Shown: in pieces, positions 46,594-56,903 of the stretch
Numbering within the stretch: the stretch's first letter is position 1
Layout of the letters: each line of letters begins with the position of its first letter
Assembly: GCA_049966395.1 (NCBI GenBank)
Contig: JBMFUT010000002.1
Coordinates: 1-64,000 of the forward strand
Length of the DNA: 64,000 nt
Reading direction: 5' to 3'
DNA from: Candidatus Micrarchaeia archaeon
GTDB lineage: Archaea; Micrarchaeota; Micrarchaeia; Micrarchaeales; CABMGC01
Notes under the pieces: generated by a model
Database searches by the model: none
What the model saw: only the letters and a program-made list of their open reading frames with translations
What the model was told of the DNA's origin: nothing
Made by a program: the position numbers and the translations under genes

Positions 46594-47742
46594 ATGGAAA
46601 AAGTAATGCTTGTCCATTTTGGCGAGCTGTGGCTTAGGGGCAAGAACAGGCCTAATTATGTCAATCTCCTGAAAAATGACATAAGCTACAAGCTCAGCGG
46701 AATCGGCTACAAGCTCTACGACAGGCGCGACAGGCTTGTCATAAAAGCCCAAGAGGGCGCAATGCAAGAAATATCCTCAAGGCTGTCTAAGGTTTTCGGC
46801 ATAAGCAACTATGCCGTTGCAACTGTAGCAGAGCCTTTACTGCACTCAATATCATTGGCAGCGTTGCCATATCTCAAGGAGCTGAAGGAGCGAGGCGCAA
46901 AAAGCATAAGGATAAACGCGCACAGGTCTTACAAGGAGCTGAGCTTCGATTCTAACGACATTGTTAAGGAAGTTTCAAAGCTCATAGCCTCGGAAGGCAT
47001 GCAGCCTGCATTGAAGGGCGCGGACGGCAGCATTTTCATCAACGTGACGAAAGAAAGCTCGTACATATACTCAGAGGTGTCTAAGGGCGCCGGAGGCCTT
47101 CCAGCATTCAGCAGCGGAAAGGCTGTAATACTGCTTTCTGGAGGCATAGACTCGCCAGTAGCCGCATGGTTCGCCATGAAACGCGGAATGCAGCCAATAT
47201 ATTTGCACATACACGGCTTCAGGAGCAATGCCGAAGTCTCGCAAACAAAAATACCTCGAATAATAAAAGTCCTGGACAGTTATGCAAAATCTAAGTTTTA
47301 CTTTGTGCCTGCATACAAGTTCCAGATAGCGGCAATGAGGGCTAGCAGCAGATACGAGGCCGTACTCTTCAAGGCTTTTGCACTGAGGATCGCGGAGAAG
47401 ATTGCTATGAGAGAACACGCATACGCAATATATACTGGAGAAAGCATGGGCCAGGTTGCATCGCAAACCCCTATGAACATAATGGCATCGCAACTCGGAA
47501 TAAAGATCCCAGTAATGAGGCCTCTAGTAGGCATGGACAAGGAGGAAATAATAGCCATTGCCAGGAGGATAGGGACATTCGAAATTTCAATAGAGCCGTA
47601 CAAGGATGTCTGCTCGATAAACGCCAGGAATCCTGTGACAAAGGCGGATCCAAAAATAGTTAAGGAAATAGCATCCAAAATAAAGCTCGGAAGCGTTGTC
47701 TCAGGATCAGTGAAGCTCGCCGGTGCATGCGAAGCTACTTGA
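46594..47742 (+). CDS. thiI: tRNA 4-thiouridine synthase ThiI (THUMP plus PP-loop)
   Basis: GELWLRGKNR, GGLP, LSGGIDSPVA, GESMGQVASQT, RPLVGMDKEEI. Confidence 0.95.
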   Translation: MEKVMLVHFGELWLRGKNRPNYVNLLKNDISYKLSGIGYKLYDRRDRLVIKAQEGAMQEISSRLSKVFGISNYAVATVAEPLLHSISLAALPYLKELKERGAKSIRINAHRSYKELSFDSNDIVKEVSKLIASEGMQPALKGADGSIFINVTKESSYIYSEVSKGAGGLPAFSSGKAVILLSGGIDSPVAAWFAMKRGMQPIYLHIHGFRSNAEVSQTKIPRIIKVLDSYAKSKFYFVPAYKFQIAAMRASSRYEAVLFKAFALRIAEKIAMREHAYAIYTGESMGQVASQTPMNIMASQLGIKIPVMRPLVGMDKEEIIAIARRIGTFEISIEPYKDVCSINARNPVTKADPKIVKEIASKIKLGSVVSGSVKLAGACEAT

Positions 47743-48814
47743 GTATGAAGAGCAGCTCTACAAATATCTCTACCACAATCAGCAATATGACTATTATTTC
47801 CAGAACGTCCATCCTGTGGCTCCTGGCGGCCTCTATTATGGTATCCCTCCTTTTTTCTATAACTTCTAGCCCGTCATTAAGCAGCGATTGCCATTCACCA
47901 AGCTTGAATACGTCGAAGAAAAGATCATAGAGCCTTGAGAGGTACCATTCCCCAAACCCTGATATGGCTGACCTTGCGGCATTTGACATTTCGCTTATCT
48001 TGTCGTAGGAGCTGTTGAGCCTCATGCTCGCCATGCTGAGCTCCTTGCCCCCGAAAGGCTCGCTGCTCAGCACCTTCCTGATTATCCCTTCTGTCTCGCG
48101 TATCTCTTCAGAAAGCATCTTGCTGTATATCTGCATTTCTAGGAGCTGCACGTTGGCTATCTCGCTCACGATAAGCTCGTACTCGAAAGAGTCTGTATTG
48201 TCTATCATGAAGGCGCTCTCCCATCCCACGAATAGCGCGTCGCCGCTGCTGTAGGTTATGCTTTTGCTTAGCACTTCCCCTATGTAATGTTCATCAAGGC
48301 TCTCTGCATCAGGCTCGTCTATGAGCAGCCCCGCAATGAGCTTCCTGTACTGAGCCAGCGCCTTTTCCCTGTCAGCCTTGAGGTAATAGAAAGCGTAGCC
48401 CTCCTTGTAAGAAGAAACATGCACCTCTTTTATCTTTGCTAAGTTTTTTTCGACTTTTGCAAGCGCCCTGCCGGCAACTGCAGCTATGCCCTCCTTGGCA
48501 TTCTTGTCGAACGCAAGCTTTCTAAGCTGCTGTTCAGTAAGATTTTCCCTAAGCCTCACTCTTATTGACACGCTGCCAGTGTTGTATATTGCGGCCTGGA
48601 CCTTCAGCTTGTATTGCTTGTCGTCAATCGAAAGCACCTCGTCCTTGAGATTGAATACAGAGGGAAGGCTGAAAGTAGATATTTCCTCTGGCGTAGGCCT
48701 TGCATATTCATATTTAGAGAAGTCCTCGGGGTTCTTAAGCAGGCCCTTGAGCTCCTCTGCGCTGAACTTGCTCCCAACGTTGTATATGTATAGAAAAGAG
48801 GCTTCCGCATCCAT
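47735..48814 (-). CDS. Hypothetical protein with C-terminal TM helix, RMD1/DUF155-like
   Basis: C-terminal LEIIVILLIVVEI helix preceded by helical YL.RLY...W segment. Confidence 0.55.
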   Translation of the reverse strand: MDAEASFLYIYNVGSKFSAEELKGLLKNPEDFSKYEYARPTPEEISTFSLPSVFNLKDEVLSIDDKQYKLKVQAAIYNTGSVSIRVRLRENLTEQQLRKLAFDKNAKEGIAAVAGRALAKVEKNLAKIKEVHVSSYKEGYAFYYLKADREKALAQYRKLIAGLLIDEPDAESLDEHYIGEVLSKSITYSSGDALFVGWESAFMIDNTDSFEYELIVSEIANVQLLEMQIYSKMLSEEIRETEGIIRKVLSSEPFGGKELSMASMRLNSSYDKISEMSNAARSAISGFGEWYLSRLYDLFFDVFKLGEWQSLLNDGLEVIEKRRDTIIEAARSHRMDVLEIIVILLIVVEIFVELLFILK

Positions 48815-48910
48815 GATATTAAATCTGCTGCAAAGCATAAATACATTGGCGCAACGCACGCCATTTGGTAAAGTCTAAAAATCTTGCTTTCAAAGCTTAT
48901 ACTAGATTGC

Positions 48911-49930
48911 ATGATATTCGTTGACGATTTCTTGGATGGGATAAACCTGATGCTGCATCCTAGTGCCGCCACTTCGAAGAAGATGGACATAGGCAAGGCA
49001 TTTTCATACTACTACAAAATGACCATAGTCCCTCTGGTGATCTCAGAGGTGCTTGCAATACTGTTTGCGGTCTTCATGCTATCTATAATCAAGAGCAGCT
49101 TAGTCTTTACGAGCATCCTCGGAGGATTCGGCGCGCTTGACTTTATCGCATTGCCGTTGCTGATACTCTGGATTTTAATCCCAATCAGCATTTTCATCAG
49201 CGCAGGGCTCTATCACATATTCGGCAAGCTCTTCAGGCAGTTCAAAAACAGCTACAGCGCCACTGTCACAGCAGTAGTCTATAGCGTTGTGCCGACTGTA
49301 CTGTTCTACTGGGCTATAATAATACCAGTACTTGGCGGCATAATAAGTTTTGTCATGGGTATATGGGGCTTCATAGTGCTAGTGATAGCTCTTTCAAAGC
49401 AGCAGAAAATAAGCACGGGCGCCGCATTCGGCATAGCGATACTTGTACCAATAATAATAGGTATAATAGTCGTTATAATTGTCGCGCTTTTCGCCATTGG
49501 CGTTTTCCTTCCTATATTAATGTCGCACAATTTCACTAGTGCGCAAGTGCCGTATTCCGGCGCAGCAGGCTACAATTACAATTACACAGTAGCGCCCCAA
49601 GTGCAGAACCCGTCTGTTTCATCGTCCAACTACTCTTCATGCAACGGTTTCACGCTGTCGTCTAATTCGTGGGGTTCAACAATAAGAGGCGTATGCAGCT
49701 GGACAGGAGGCAAGCTTTACGTTTATGCCGGCGGGGGAACCTCCGGGTGGGAGGCAGTTAAAATAACAGGCGCAGACAACGTCACATACCTGAGCCAGTC
49801 TTCATCCACTTGGCATATGTCAAAATACGGCGCAGTGTACCTTCCTTCGCAAGACTACTTCATCACGCTCGCCACTGGTCAAGGCGGAGGGGCTTATGGA
49901 AACGCCGCTGTAGAACTTAAAGCATCCTAG
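48911..49930 (+). CDS. Yip1-domain membrane protein with an extra C-terminal extracellular domain
   Basis: Five-TM Yip1 pattern (HP..., AGLYHIFGKLF, YS.VP) followed by an S/G-rich beta domain with a Cys pair. Confidence 0.75.
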   Translation: MIFVDDFLDGINLMLHPSAATSKKMDIGKAFSYYYKMTIVPLVISEVLAILFAVFMLSIIKSSLVFTSILGGFGALDFIALPLLILWILIPISIFISAGLYHIFGKLFRQFKNSYSATVTAVVYSVVPTVLFYWAIIIPVLGGIISFVMGIWGFIVLVIALSKQQKISTGAAFGIAILVPIIIGIIVVIIVALFAIGVFLPILMSHNFTSAQVPYSGAAGYNYNYTVAPQVQNPSVSSSNYSSCNGFTLSSNSWGSTIRGVCSWTGGKLYVYAGGGTSGWEAVKITGADNVTYLSQSSSTWHMSKYGAVYLPSQDYFITLATGQGGGAYGNAAVELKAS

Positions 49931-50868
49931 TAATTCTTGTTAATCATGACGTCAATTGCATGGAGCAGCGCGTCGTCAGATCTTGCATATTTCAGCTTTA
50001 TTCCCATGCTTTTCATTTTTTTATTGCTGAGAAGTGTATTCGCTATGTCTCCGGGCCATCCCTTGCTGGTGCCGGTATAGCGTATCCTGGCCGTGCTTCC
50101 AAGCTTTTCCAAAAGTTTTTTTGCTATGAAAGATACGCTTGTCTGCCCATCCGTTGCAAGGTTAAGCAAAATATTCTTTCCAGTCTTGTGCGATGCGAAC
50201 ATTGCCTCAACGCAATCCCCTACGTCTATGTAAGATTTCTTCTGCTTTCCATTGCCAAGCACCTCAAGCTCTTTGCTGTTGTTCCTGAGCTTTTCTATGA
50301 AATCTACTAGCACACCGTGGCCCTGCTTGTTGCCTACTACGTTGGCAAACCTGTATATGGCATAGCTGAAGCCGAAAAGTTCGCCATACGCGCTTATGAG
50401 CCCTTCTGCAGCAAGCTTCGCAGCGCCGTACATGCTTATCGGAAGCAGAGGTCCATAGTCTTCAGGAGTCGGCTTCACTTTTGCATTGCCATAAACGACG
50501 CTAGACGAAGAGAACATTATGTCTGTGCAACCCGCCTTTCTCATCGCCTCAAGCAGGTTGTGCGTTGCAACAATGCCATTGTTGACGTCTATGCGCGTGT
50601 TCTTTATGCCTGCCCTTACGTCCGCATTTGCGGCCAGATGAACAACAGTGTCAAATCTGCCTTCCTTCAGCACTTTTTCTACCATTTTGCTGTCAAGGAG
50701 GTCGCCCTTTACTAAGGCAAAATTCTTTTTCCCAATTACGCCATTCAGGTTGCTGATTTTGCCTGAACTCAGGTTGTCATACGCGACCACGTAATTGCCT
50801 TCATCGACAAGTTTTTGCACTACGTTGCTCCCTATGAAGCCTGCGCCTCCTGTAACAAGAAATCTCAT
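49927..50868 (-). CDS. NAD-dependent sugar epimerase/dehydratase (GalE-like)
   Basis: TGGAGFIGS, HLAA, SSSSVVYG, YGAAK, GWPGD. Confidence 0.93.
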   Translation of the reverse strand: MRFLVTGGAGFIGSNVVQKLVDEGNYVVAYDNLSSGKISNLNGVIGKKNFALVKGDLLDSKMVEKVLKEGRFDTVVHLAANADVRAGIKNTRIDVNNGIVATHNLLEAMRKAGCTDIMFSSSSVVYGNAKVKPTPEDYGPLLPISMYGAAKLAAEGLISAYGELFGFSYAIYRFANVVGNKQGHGVLVDFIEKLRNNSKELEVLGNGKQKKSYIDVGDCVEAMFASHKTGKNILLNLATDGQTSVSFIAKKLLEKLGSTARIRYTGTSKGWPGDIANTLLSNKKMKSMGIKLKYARSDDALLHAIDVMINKNY

Positions 50869-50957
50869 AGCATCGCTTATTGATGGCATTTGAATTTATT
50901 AATTGTTACCATCGGCAAAGGTTACCTTTAAATATCACGAAATACATAAAATAAACC

Positions 50958-51767
50958 ATGGAAAAGACGGGCGAAATCAGAATCGAGTTTGAAGTGAAAC
51001 TGCCGGTAAAAAATCTTGAGCAGCGTACAAATTTGGAGTGCGGCCCTACAGTAGTGCGAGCGATGATAGAAGGCTATACAGGCAAAAGCATAAACGTGGA
51101 CGAATGGGAGCGCGACCACCTTTATCAATTCGTGGAGCACGGTGCTGACGCATATCAGCTTGCAGAGCTCATCCAAAAAATAAACAAAAGCAATGGAATA
51201 TCAAGGAGAATCGATGTTTATGCAGACTACAATCTCATATCTCAAGCGAATATTGAAGAAAACAAAGCAAGGCCTGAGAATCAGAAAATAGAGAGCACAC
51301 CACATACGTCTTACAAGGTCGCGGGCAGGGAGCATTTGAGCGAAGTAGAAATGCATCCAGGGATGAAACTAAAAGCAGAAGACATATACAGAAAGGTTTC
51401 AGAGGGCAATTACGTTATGCTTGAGTCTGGAGGGCATTGGGTGCTGGCATACGGGATAGTCAACTTCTATTTTGGAAATGCAAAAGAGAGGCTTCTTCTT
51501 ATAATGGATCCTGCGGATTCGGTAAGCAGAATGGCGGAAATAGGCGACGACAAATTAAAATTATATCAGTATACGAAACTGCTCAACGACAAATATATTA
51601 ATGTCAAAGATCTAGTGGATTTGGACAAAATAACAAGCAAGAACATAAATTCTATTTCAGCAGAAGACTTTAAGGAAAAGCCCGCTGAATTCGACTGCGT
51701 GACTGTGGCTCCTGAAAATGTAAAGAATCTAATAAAACATTACGGCCAGCATGCGCCTAAACCTTAA
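50958..51767 (+). CDS. Peptidase C39-like (papain-fold) cysteine protease
   Basis: Q-x5-CGP (QRTNLECGP), GHWVLAYG and IMDPA give a Gln/Cys/His/Asp catalytic set. Confidence 0.65.
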   Translation: MEKTGEIRIEFEVKLPVKNLEQRTNLECGPTVVRAMIEGYTGKSINVDEWERDHLYQFVEHGADAYQLAELIQKINKSNGISRRIDVYADYNLISQANIEENKARPENQKIESTPHTSYKVAGREHLSEVEMHPGMKLKAEDIYRKVSEGNYVMLESGGHWVLAYGIVNFYFGNAKERLLLIMDPADSVSRMAEIGDDKLKLYQYTKLLNDKYINVKDLVDLDKITSKNINSISAEDFKEKPAEFDCVTVAPENVKNLIKHYGQHAPKP

Positions 51768-51814
51768 AGGCAATACTCATATACTATACGCTCTGTTCAA
51801 CTTCAAGTGTTTTT

Positions 51815-52387
51815 ATGAAGGCTATAGGAATAGATCTTGACGATACAATTGCCGACTTTACTCCGGTGTGGCTCAGGGTAATCGAAGATACCACTGGCGT
51901 CAAGATAAACTACAGCGACATAAAGATGTGGCATGTCGAGAATCAGTTCAAGTTCCTTGACAAAAATGCCATAATCAGTGCCCTCAAGGTTGCATGGGAT
52001 GAGAGGCACAGTGAGATAGAAATTATTGACAGGCACATACCCTCGATAATCGACAACATCAGCCAATTCTACAAGATATATATCACTACAGCTTCGCTTG
52101 CTTCCGACAGCACAATCAAAGAATGGCTTTCGCTCAACGGGATAAGGTACAACAGGCTGGTGCATGTTGCGCACCATTCTGAAAAAATGATGGAAGAGGT
52201 TTACGCATACGTTGACGACAATCCCATGATGGCCGAAGAGTTCACATCGGCAGGCAAGAAAGTGGTGCTAATCAGGAGGCCTTGGAACGAGGGCACCAAG
52301 GAGAAAGAGAACTTGCTAATTGCAGACAATTGGGACGAGGTAGAGCATCTTCTTGTAAATCTAGCAGATAGGCGCCCTGATGAATGA
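51815..52387 (+). CDS. HAD-family 5'(3')-deoxyribonucleotidase-like phosphatase
   Basis: GIDLDDTIAD, ITTA, YVDDNP, RPWN, NWDE. Confidence 0.85.
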   Translation: MKAIGIDLDDTIADFTPVWLRVIEDTTGVKINYSDIKMWHVENQFKFLDKNAIISALKVAWDERHSEIEIIDRHIPSIIDNISQFYKIYITTASLASDSTIKEWLSLNGIRYNRLVHVAHHSEKMMEEVYAYVDDNPMMAEEFTSAGKKVVLIRRPWNEGTKEKENLLIADNWDEVEHLLVNLADRRPDE

Positions 52388-52393
52388 CTGCGC

Positions 52394-52669
52394 TCATCCT
52401 GTCCTTTTTATTACGTGGTAGCCGAATTGCGTTTTGACTATATCAGAAACCTGGCCCACTTCCAATTTGAACGCGGCGTCTTCAAATGGCTTTACCATCT
52501 GCCCCCTTGAGAAGTAGCCAAGGTCGCCCCCGCGCTTCCTGGATCCGTCTATGGAATACTGCTCTGCCAGCTTGGCGAAGCTCTCGCCCTTCTTAAGCCT
52601 CTCAATCACTTCCTGCGCAGTGCTCATCTTCTCAACAAGTATGTGCGAGCATCTTATCTTGTCGGACAT
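52394..52669 (-). CDS. Parvulin-type peptidyl-prolyl isomerase
   Basis: [42 protein letters not shown]. Confidence 0.95.
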   Translation of the reverse strand: MSDKIRCSHILVEKMSTAQEVIERLKKGESFAKLAEQYSIDGSRKRGGDLGYFSRGQMVKPFEDAAFKLEVGQVSDIVKTQFGYHVIKRTG

Positions 52670-52740
52670 GACATCACAATAGCCTTTAGTAGGGAAATAT
52701 TTTAAATAATGCATGCAATATACTCCTATTCGGTGCTACA

Positions 52741-53880
52741 ATGGGAGAAAAAATGGTCGTCACGCCATGGGAAGTCAGCGGTAGCATAGACTACGACAGG
52801 CTTATCAAGATGTTCGGCGTGTCTAGGATACCCCAGTCTGTTAAGGACGAAGTGCAGAATATCTCAGGCGAGAGGAGCTTCTTTTTGAGCAGGGACATCT
52901 ACTTTGCCCACAGGGACTTCGACCTCGCGCTTCAAGAATACAAAAAAGGTGAGGGCTTTTATCTCTACATGGGGAGAGGCCCGTCAGGACCCATGCACAT
53001 AGGCCACCTCATGCCTTTCATATTCACAAAGTGGCTTCAGGAAAAGTTCAACGTCAACCTCTACATACAGGTAACTGACGACGAGAAGTTCATGTTCAAG
53101 AGCAGCGCCGAAATGAGCAGCATAGACAAGTTCGCAGACGACAACATACTTGACCTCGCCGCTGTGGGATTCGATCCGGACAAGACTTTCATATTCAAGG
53201 ACACCGAGTACATAGGCAACGTCTACCGCATGGCAATAAAAATAGCCAAGAAGACGACATTCTCCACAGTAAAGGCGGTTTTCGGCTTCACGCCATCCAC
53301 AAACACAGGCATGATATTCTTCCCCGCAATAGAGATAGTGCCTACAATGTTCGAGAAGTCCCGCTGCGTTATACCTTCGCCGATAGACCAGGATCCTTAC
53401 TGGAGAGTGGCAAGAGACATAGTAGATGGCATGGGCTATAAAAAGCCGGCGCAAATATACTGCAAGTTTCTCCCTCCACTTGCAGGCACTGAGGGAAAGA
53501 TGAGCGCCTCAATACCTGAAAGTGCAATATACCTTACAGACACTCCTGAGGAGGTAAAGCACAAGGTTAACAAATACGCTTTTTCTGGAGGAAGGGACAC
53601 CGTAGAGCTCCACAGGAAGCTCGGAGGCAACCCAGACATAGACGTATCTTTCATATGGCTGCGCTACCTTCTAGAGCCGGATGACAACGAGCTCAAGCGT
53701 ATAGAGGAAGAATACCGTTCTGGAAAGATGCTCACTGGCGAGCTCAAGGCTATAGCAATAGAAAAGATAAACAGCTTCCTTGCAGAGCACAGGAAGAGAA
53801 GAGAAAATGCAGATAAAGCGGCCGAAAAGTACATGCGCACCGGAAAACTGGCAAGGAAAATGTGGGAGACTTTCTACTGA
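52741..53880 (+). CDS. trpS: Tryptophanyl-tRNA synthetase (archaeal/eukaryotic type)
   Basis: VTPWEV, GRGPS..MHIGH, TDDEK, IDQDPY, KMSAS. Confidence 0.97.
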   Translation: MGEKMVVTPWEVSGSIDYDRLIKMFGVSRIPQSVKDEVQNISGERSFFLSRDIYFAHRDFDLALQEYKKGEGFYLYMGRGPSGPMHIGHLMPFIFTKWLQEKFNVNLYIQVTDDEKFMFKSSAEMSSIDKFADDNILDLAAVGFDPDKTFIFKDTEYIGNVYRMAIKIAKKTTFSTVKAVFGFTPSTNTGMIFFPAIEIVPTMFEKSRCVIPSPIDQDPYWRVARDIVDGMGYKKPAQIYCKFLPPLAGTEGKMSASIPESAIYLTDTPEEVKHKVNKYAFSGGRDTVELHRKLGGNPDIDVSFIWLRYLLEPDDNELKRIEEEYRSGKMLTGELKAIAIEKINSFLAEHRKRRENADKAAEKYMRTGKLARKMWETFY

Positions 53881-53930
53881 CAATTCCTGTAAAATATATA
53901 GATGTATCAGAACAAATATGAAGTGTTTCT

Positions 53931-55394
53931 ATGGCTAACGAAGGCAACGCTTCAGACATAATTTCAAGGAGGGGCATCTACTACCCGGCCTTCGGCATAT
54001 ACAACGAGGTCGCGGGCTTCTACGACTACGGCCCTATAGGGCTCAGGATAAAGCGCAACATAGAGGCGCTCTGGCGCAGCACTTTCGTTGATCAGCTTGG
54101 CGCGCTAGAGATAGAGACTACAAGCATACTGCCAGAAATAGTCCTCAAAGCCAGCGGCCATCTTGCTTCATTCACAGACCCTATAGTAAAGTGCAAAGTC
54201 TGCGGCACGCCCTACAGGGCTGACAAGCTGCTTGAGGAATTCTACAATTCCAAGGGCGACGAGAAGTCAGCGAGCGAGGTAAGCAAGCTTCGCATGGAAG
54301 ATATAGAAAGGAGGCTCAAGGAGCACAACATAAAGTGCGCAAAGTGCGGCGGCGAGCTCTCAAATGTAGAATCCTTCAACCTGCTTTTCAAGGCGCCGAT
54401 AGGCCCCCTTGGCAGCGAAACAGGATATCTTAGGCCTGAAACCGCGCAGGGCATGTTCCTGGATTTCAAGGCGCTCTTCAAGACATACGGAATGAAGTTG
54501 CCCTCTTGCATAGCGCAGGTCGGCAAGGCATATCGCAACGAGATTTCGCCTAGGCAGCAGCTCATCAGAATGAGGGAATTCAGTCAGATGGAAATTGAGA
54601 TGTTCTTCGACCCCTCTGAAGAGCTGCACGGCATCGGCACCATAGACATTGAAGCGGCGCTCAAGACAAGAATAAACTTCTACAGTGCAGAGAAGAAAAC
54701 CGAGGAAAAAACGCTTGGAGAACTTCTAGAGTCAGGCAAGTTGCCAAACAGGCACTTTGCTGTGTTGCTATACCTGGAGCAGTCTATCGTAAGGGCGATG
54801 GGCTTTGACAACAGCATAACGAGGTTTGCCGAAATACCTAAGGAGGAAGCTCCACACTATTCGAAGGGCAATGTCGATCTAGAGATAAAGACGTCATACG
54901 GCTTTATAGAAGTTGCTGGCACCGCATACAGGACAGACTACGACCTCAGTGCCCATTCTAAGGAGTCTGGAAGCGAGATATCAGTTGTCAGCGGAGAAAA
55001 GAAAATAATTCCTCACGTGGTAGAAGCAAGTATGGGCCTAGACAGGCTGCTCTTTGCGCTTCTGGACAACAGCGTAGCTGATGACAACCGCGGCTGGAAA
55101 TGGCTCAGGCTACCAGAGCGCATTGCGCCATACGAGTATGCGGTATTCCCGCTCCAAAAGGACGAGAAGCTCATGGCAAAGGCACGCGAGATAGTAAGGC
55201 TGCTAGGCGAGAAGAGGGTGAGCTGCTACTACTCTGATTCAGGGAGCATAGGTAAGAGATATGCGAAGGCGGACGAGATAGGCGTGCCGCGCTGCATAAC
55301 AGTTGACTTCCAGAGCATTGAGGACGACACTTTCACAATCAGGGATCGCGACACAGCAAAGCAGGTAAGGAAGCAGCTTGGAGAGATCATATGA
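53931..55394 (+). CDS. glyS: Glycyl-tRNA synthetase (alpha2 type)
   Basis: YDYGP, LRPETAQG, RNEISPR..LIR.REF.QME, SIGKRYAKADEIG. Confidence 0.97.
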   Translation: MANEGNASDIISRRGIYYPAFGIYNEVAGFYDYGPIGLRIKRNIEALWRSTFVDQLGALEIETTSILPEIVLKASGHLASFTDPIVKCKVCGTPYRADKLLEEFYNSKGDEKSASEVSKLRMEDIERRLKEHNIKCAKCGGELSNVESFNLLFKAPIGPLGSETGYLRPETAQGMFLDFKALFKTYGMKLPSCIAQVGKAYRNEISPRQQLIRMREFSQMEIEMFFDPSEELHGIGTIDIEAALKTRINFYSAEKKTEEKTLGELLESGKLPNRHFAVLLYLEQSIVRAMGFDNSITRFAEIPKEEAPHYSKGNVDLEIKTSYGFIEVAGTAYRTDYDLSAHSKESGSEISVVSGEKKIIPHVVEASMGLDRLLFALLDNSVADDNRGWKWLRLPERIAPYEYAVFPLQKDEKLMAKAREIVRLLGEKRVSCYYSDSGSIGKRYAKADEIGVPRCITVDFQSIEDDTFTIRDRDTAKQVRKQLGEII

Positions 55395-56251
55395 TAGCTA
55401 AAGACTTCAGCATGCGCTATACTATAGAAAGCGCGCAGCCCTTGACATTCTGCGCAGACTACTCTTTTTCTGGAAGCTCCGGAAGCGTAGTTTATGCAAC
55501 GCGCAAGGGCGTTTTCAGGGTAAGGGCTTATCAGCATGGGAAAGATGCAGAACTGTCATACGAATACTCTGGCAAATATTCTGCGGCAGGGGCAAGAAGC
55601 GAAATAACACGGAGATTCAGTCTGGATCACGACATCAAGGAAATATACAAGCGCATAAGCACTGACAGCAACATAAAGAACGCAATAAGCCGCTATTACG
55701 GCTTGAGGGTCACGCTTAATGACCCTTGGGAGGCTGCTTTATCCTTTGTAGTGTCTCAATTCAACAACGTGAAGAGGATAAGGCGCATAATGAAGGCACT
55801 TATCGAGAATTACGGCGAAGAGGCAGACTCATCTCTTGGAATTGGCAGGCTCTTCCCAGAGCCGGAAGCAATAGCCGCAGCGACAGTGAAGGAACTCATG
55901 GCATGCGGCACAGGCTTTAGGGCGAAGTACATAAAGGAGCTTGCCGAGGAGTGGAATAGCATAGAAAGGAAAAATCTTGCCTCGAAGGGCTATCAAGAGG
56001 CCAAGGCGGAGCTGATGGAAATGAACGGGATAGGGGACAAGGTTGCGGACTGCATACTTCTCATGGGCTACGGAAAGCTAGAGGCGTTCCCTATAGATAC
56101 TTGGATAAAGAGAGTGATGGAGCGCGAATACCTTAAAAAGCGGAGCAGCATCAAAGAGATACACAATTTCGCGGAGAAGAAGTGGGGAAGTTATGCAGGT
56201 TACGCTCAGCAGTACATTTTCTGGCATGGGAGGAGTGCCGGGAGGAAATGA
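55391..56251 (+). CDS. 8-oxoguanine DNA glycosylase (OGG1/AlkA HhH-GPD family)
   Basis: SQFNNVKRI, GFRAKYI, GIGDKVADC, FPIDTW, AGYAQQYIF. Confidence 0.88.
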   Translation: MIAKDFSMRYTIESAQPLTFCADYSFSGSSGSVVYATRKGVFRVRAYQHGKDAELSYEYSGKYSAAGARSEITRRFSLDHDIKEIYKRISTDSNIKNAISRYYGLRVTLNDPWEAALSFVVSQFNNVKRIRRIMKALIENYGEEADSSLGIGRLFPEPEAIAAATVKELMACGTGFRAKYIKELAEEWNSIERKNLASKGYQEAKAELMEMNGIGDKVADCILLMGYGKLEAFPIDTWIKRVMEREYLKKRSSIKEIHNFAEKKWGSYAGYAQQYIFWHGRSAGRK

Positions 56252-56260
56252 GGTGTTTTG

Positions 56261-56857
56261 ATGATACCAAATATAGACGAAATAACCAAGGAGCTCTCTG
56301 CGCTTCAGAAGAGGCAGGACAGGGTGATGGATCTTTCAAGATCCATAATAAGACTGACAGGCTATGCGATAACAGCAATACACAACCGGGACTTCAAGTC
56401 CTCTTCGGCTTCTATGAAGGAACTGCAAGCGCTCATGAAGGAGCTCTCAGTCGCAGAAAAAGGCTTCGAATACTACTCCCAGCAAGCTCATCAGGAGTTC
56501 ACAGAGCTCATGGTATTCATGTCTGTAATCAAGGATGGTAAAATACCATCAATGAAAGAAATAGGCGAGACGGCAGTGCCCTATCTGCTTGGCATCATGG
56601 ACGTCGTCGGCGAGCTTAAAAGGGAGGCCTACGAGGCGCTCAGGAAGGGCGATGCCGCTGAAGCAGAGTCATACTACGAGAAGATGCAGGGAATATACGA
56701 TGCAACGAGGCACATAAGGTTTGCGGAGTCTCTCATGCCGGGCTTCAGGAAGAAGCAGGATGTTGCCAGGATACTGATAGAAGGCACAGGCAGCGATCTT
56801 CTTGGAGTGGCGCAAAGTAAGCACAGACACTCTTCACCAGGAAAACGCAACAAATAA
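56261..56857 (+). CDS. Translin/TRAX family protein (archaeal C3PO-like)
   Basis: SR.IIR....AI.AIH, QEFTE, YLLGIMDVVGELKR, RKKQDVAR. Confidence 0.85.
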   Translation: MIPNIDEITKELSALQKRQDRVMDLSRSIIRLTGYAITAIHNRDFKSSSASMKELQALMKELSVAEKGFEYYSQQAHQEFTELMVFMSVIKDGKIPSMKEIGETAVPYLLGIMDVVGELKREAYEALRKGDAAEAESYYEKMQGIYDATRHIRFAESLMPGFRKKQDVARILIEGTGSDLLGVAQSKHRHSSPGKRNK

Positions 56858-56903
56858 AAGGTTTAGACAGCTAATTTGCGGTATTACAAATAAAGTGGTT
56901 AGT

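Noticed and set aside
56261..56857. Translin-family gene as the recombination factor for the adjacent pilin array
   Set aside because: It belongs to the glyS-glycosylase operon and the family is best known as an RNase; only proximity supports a link.
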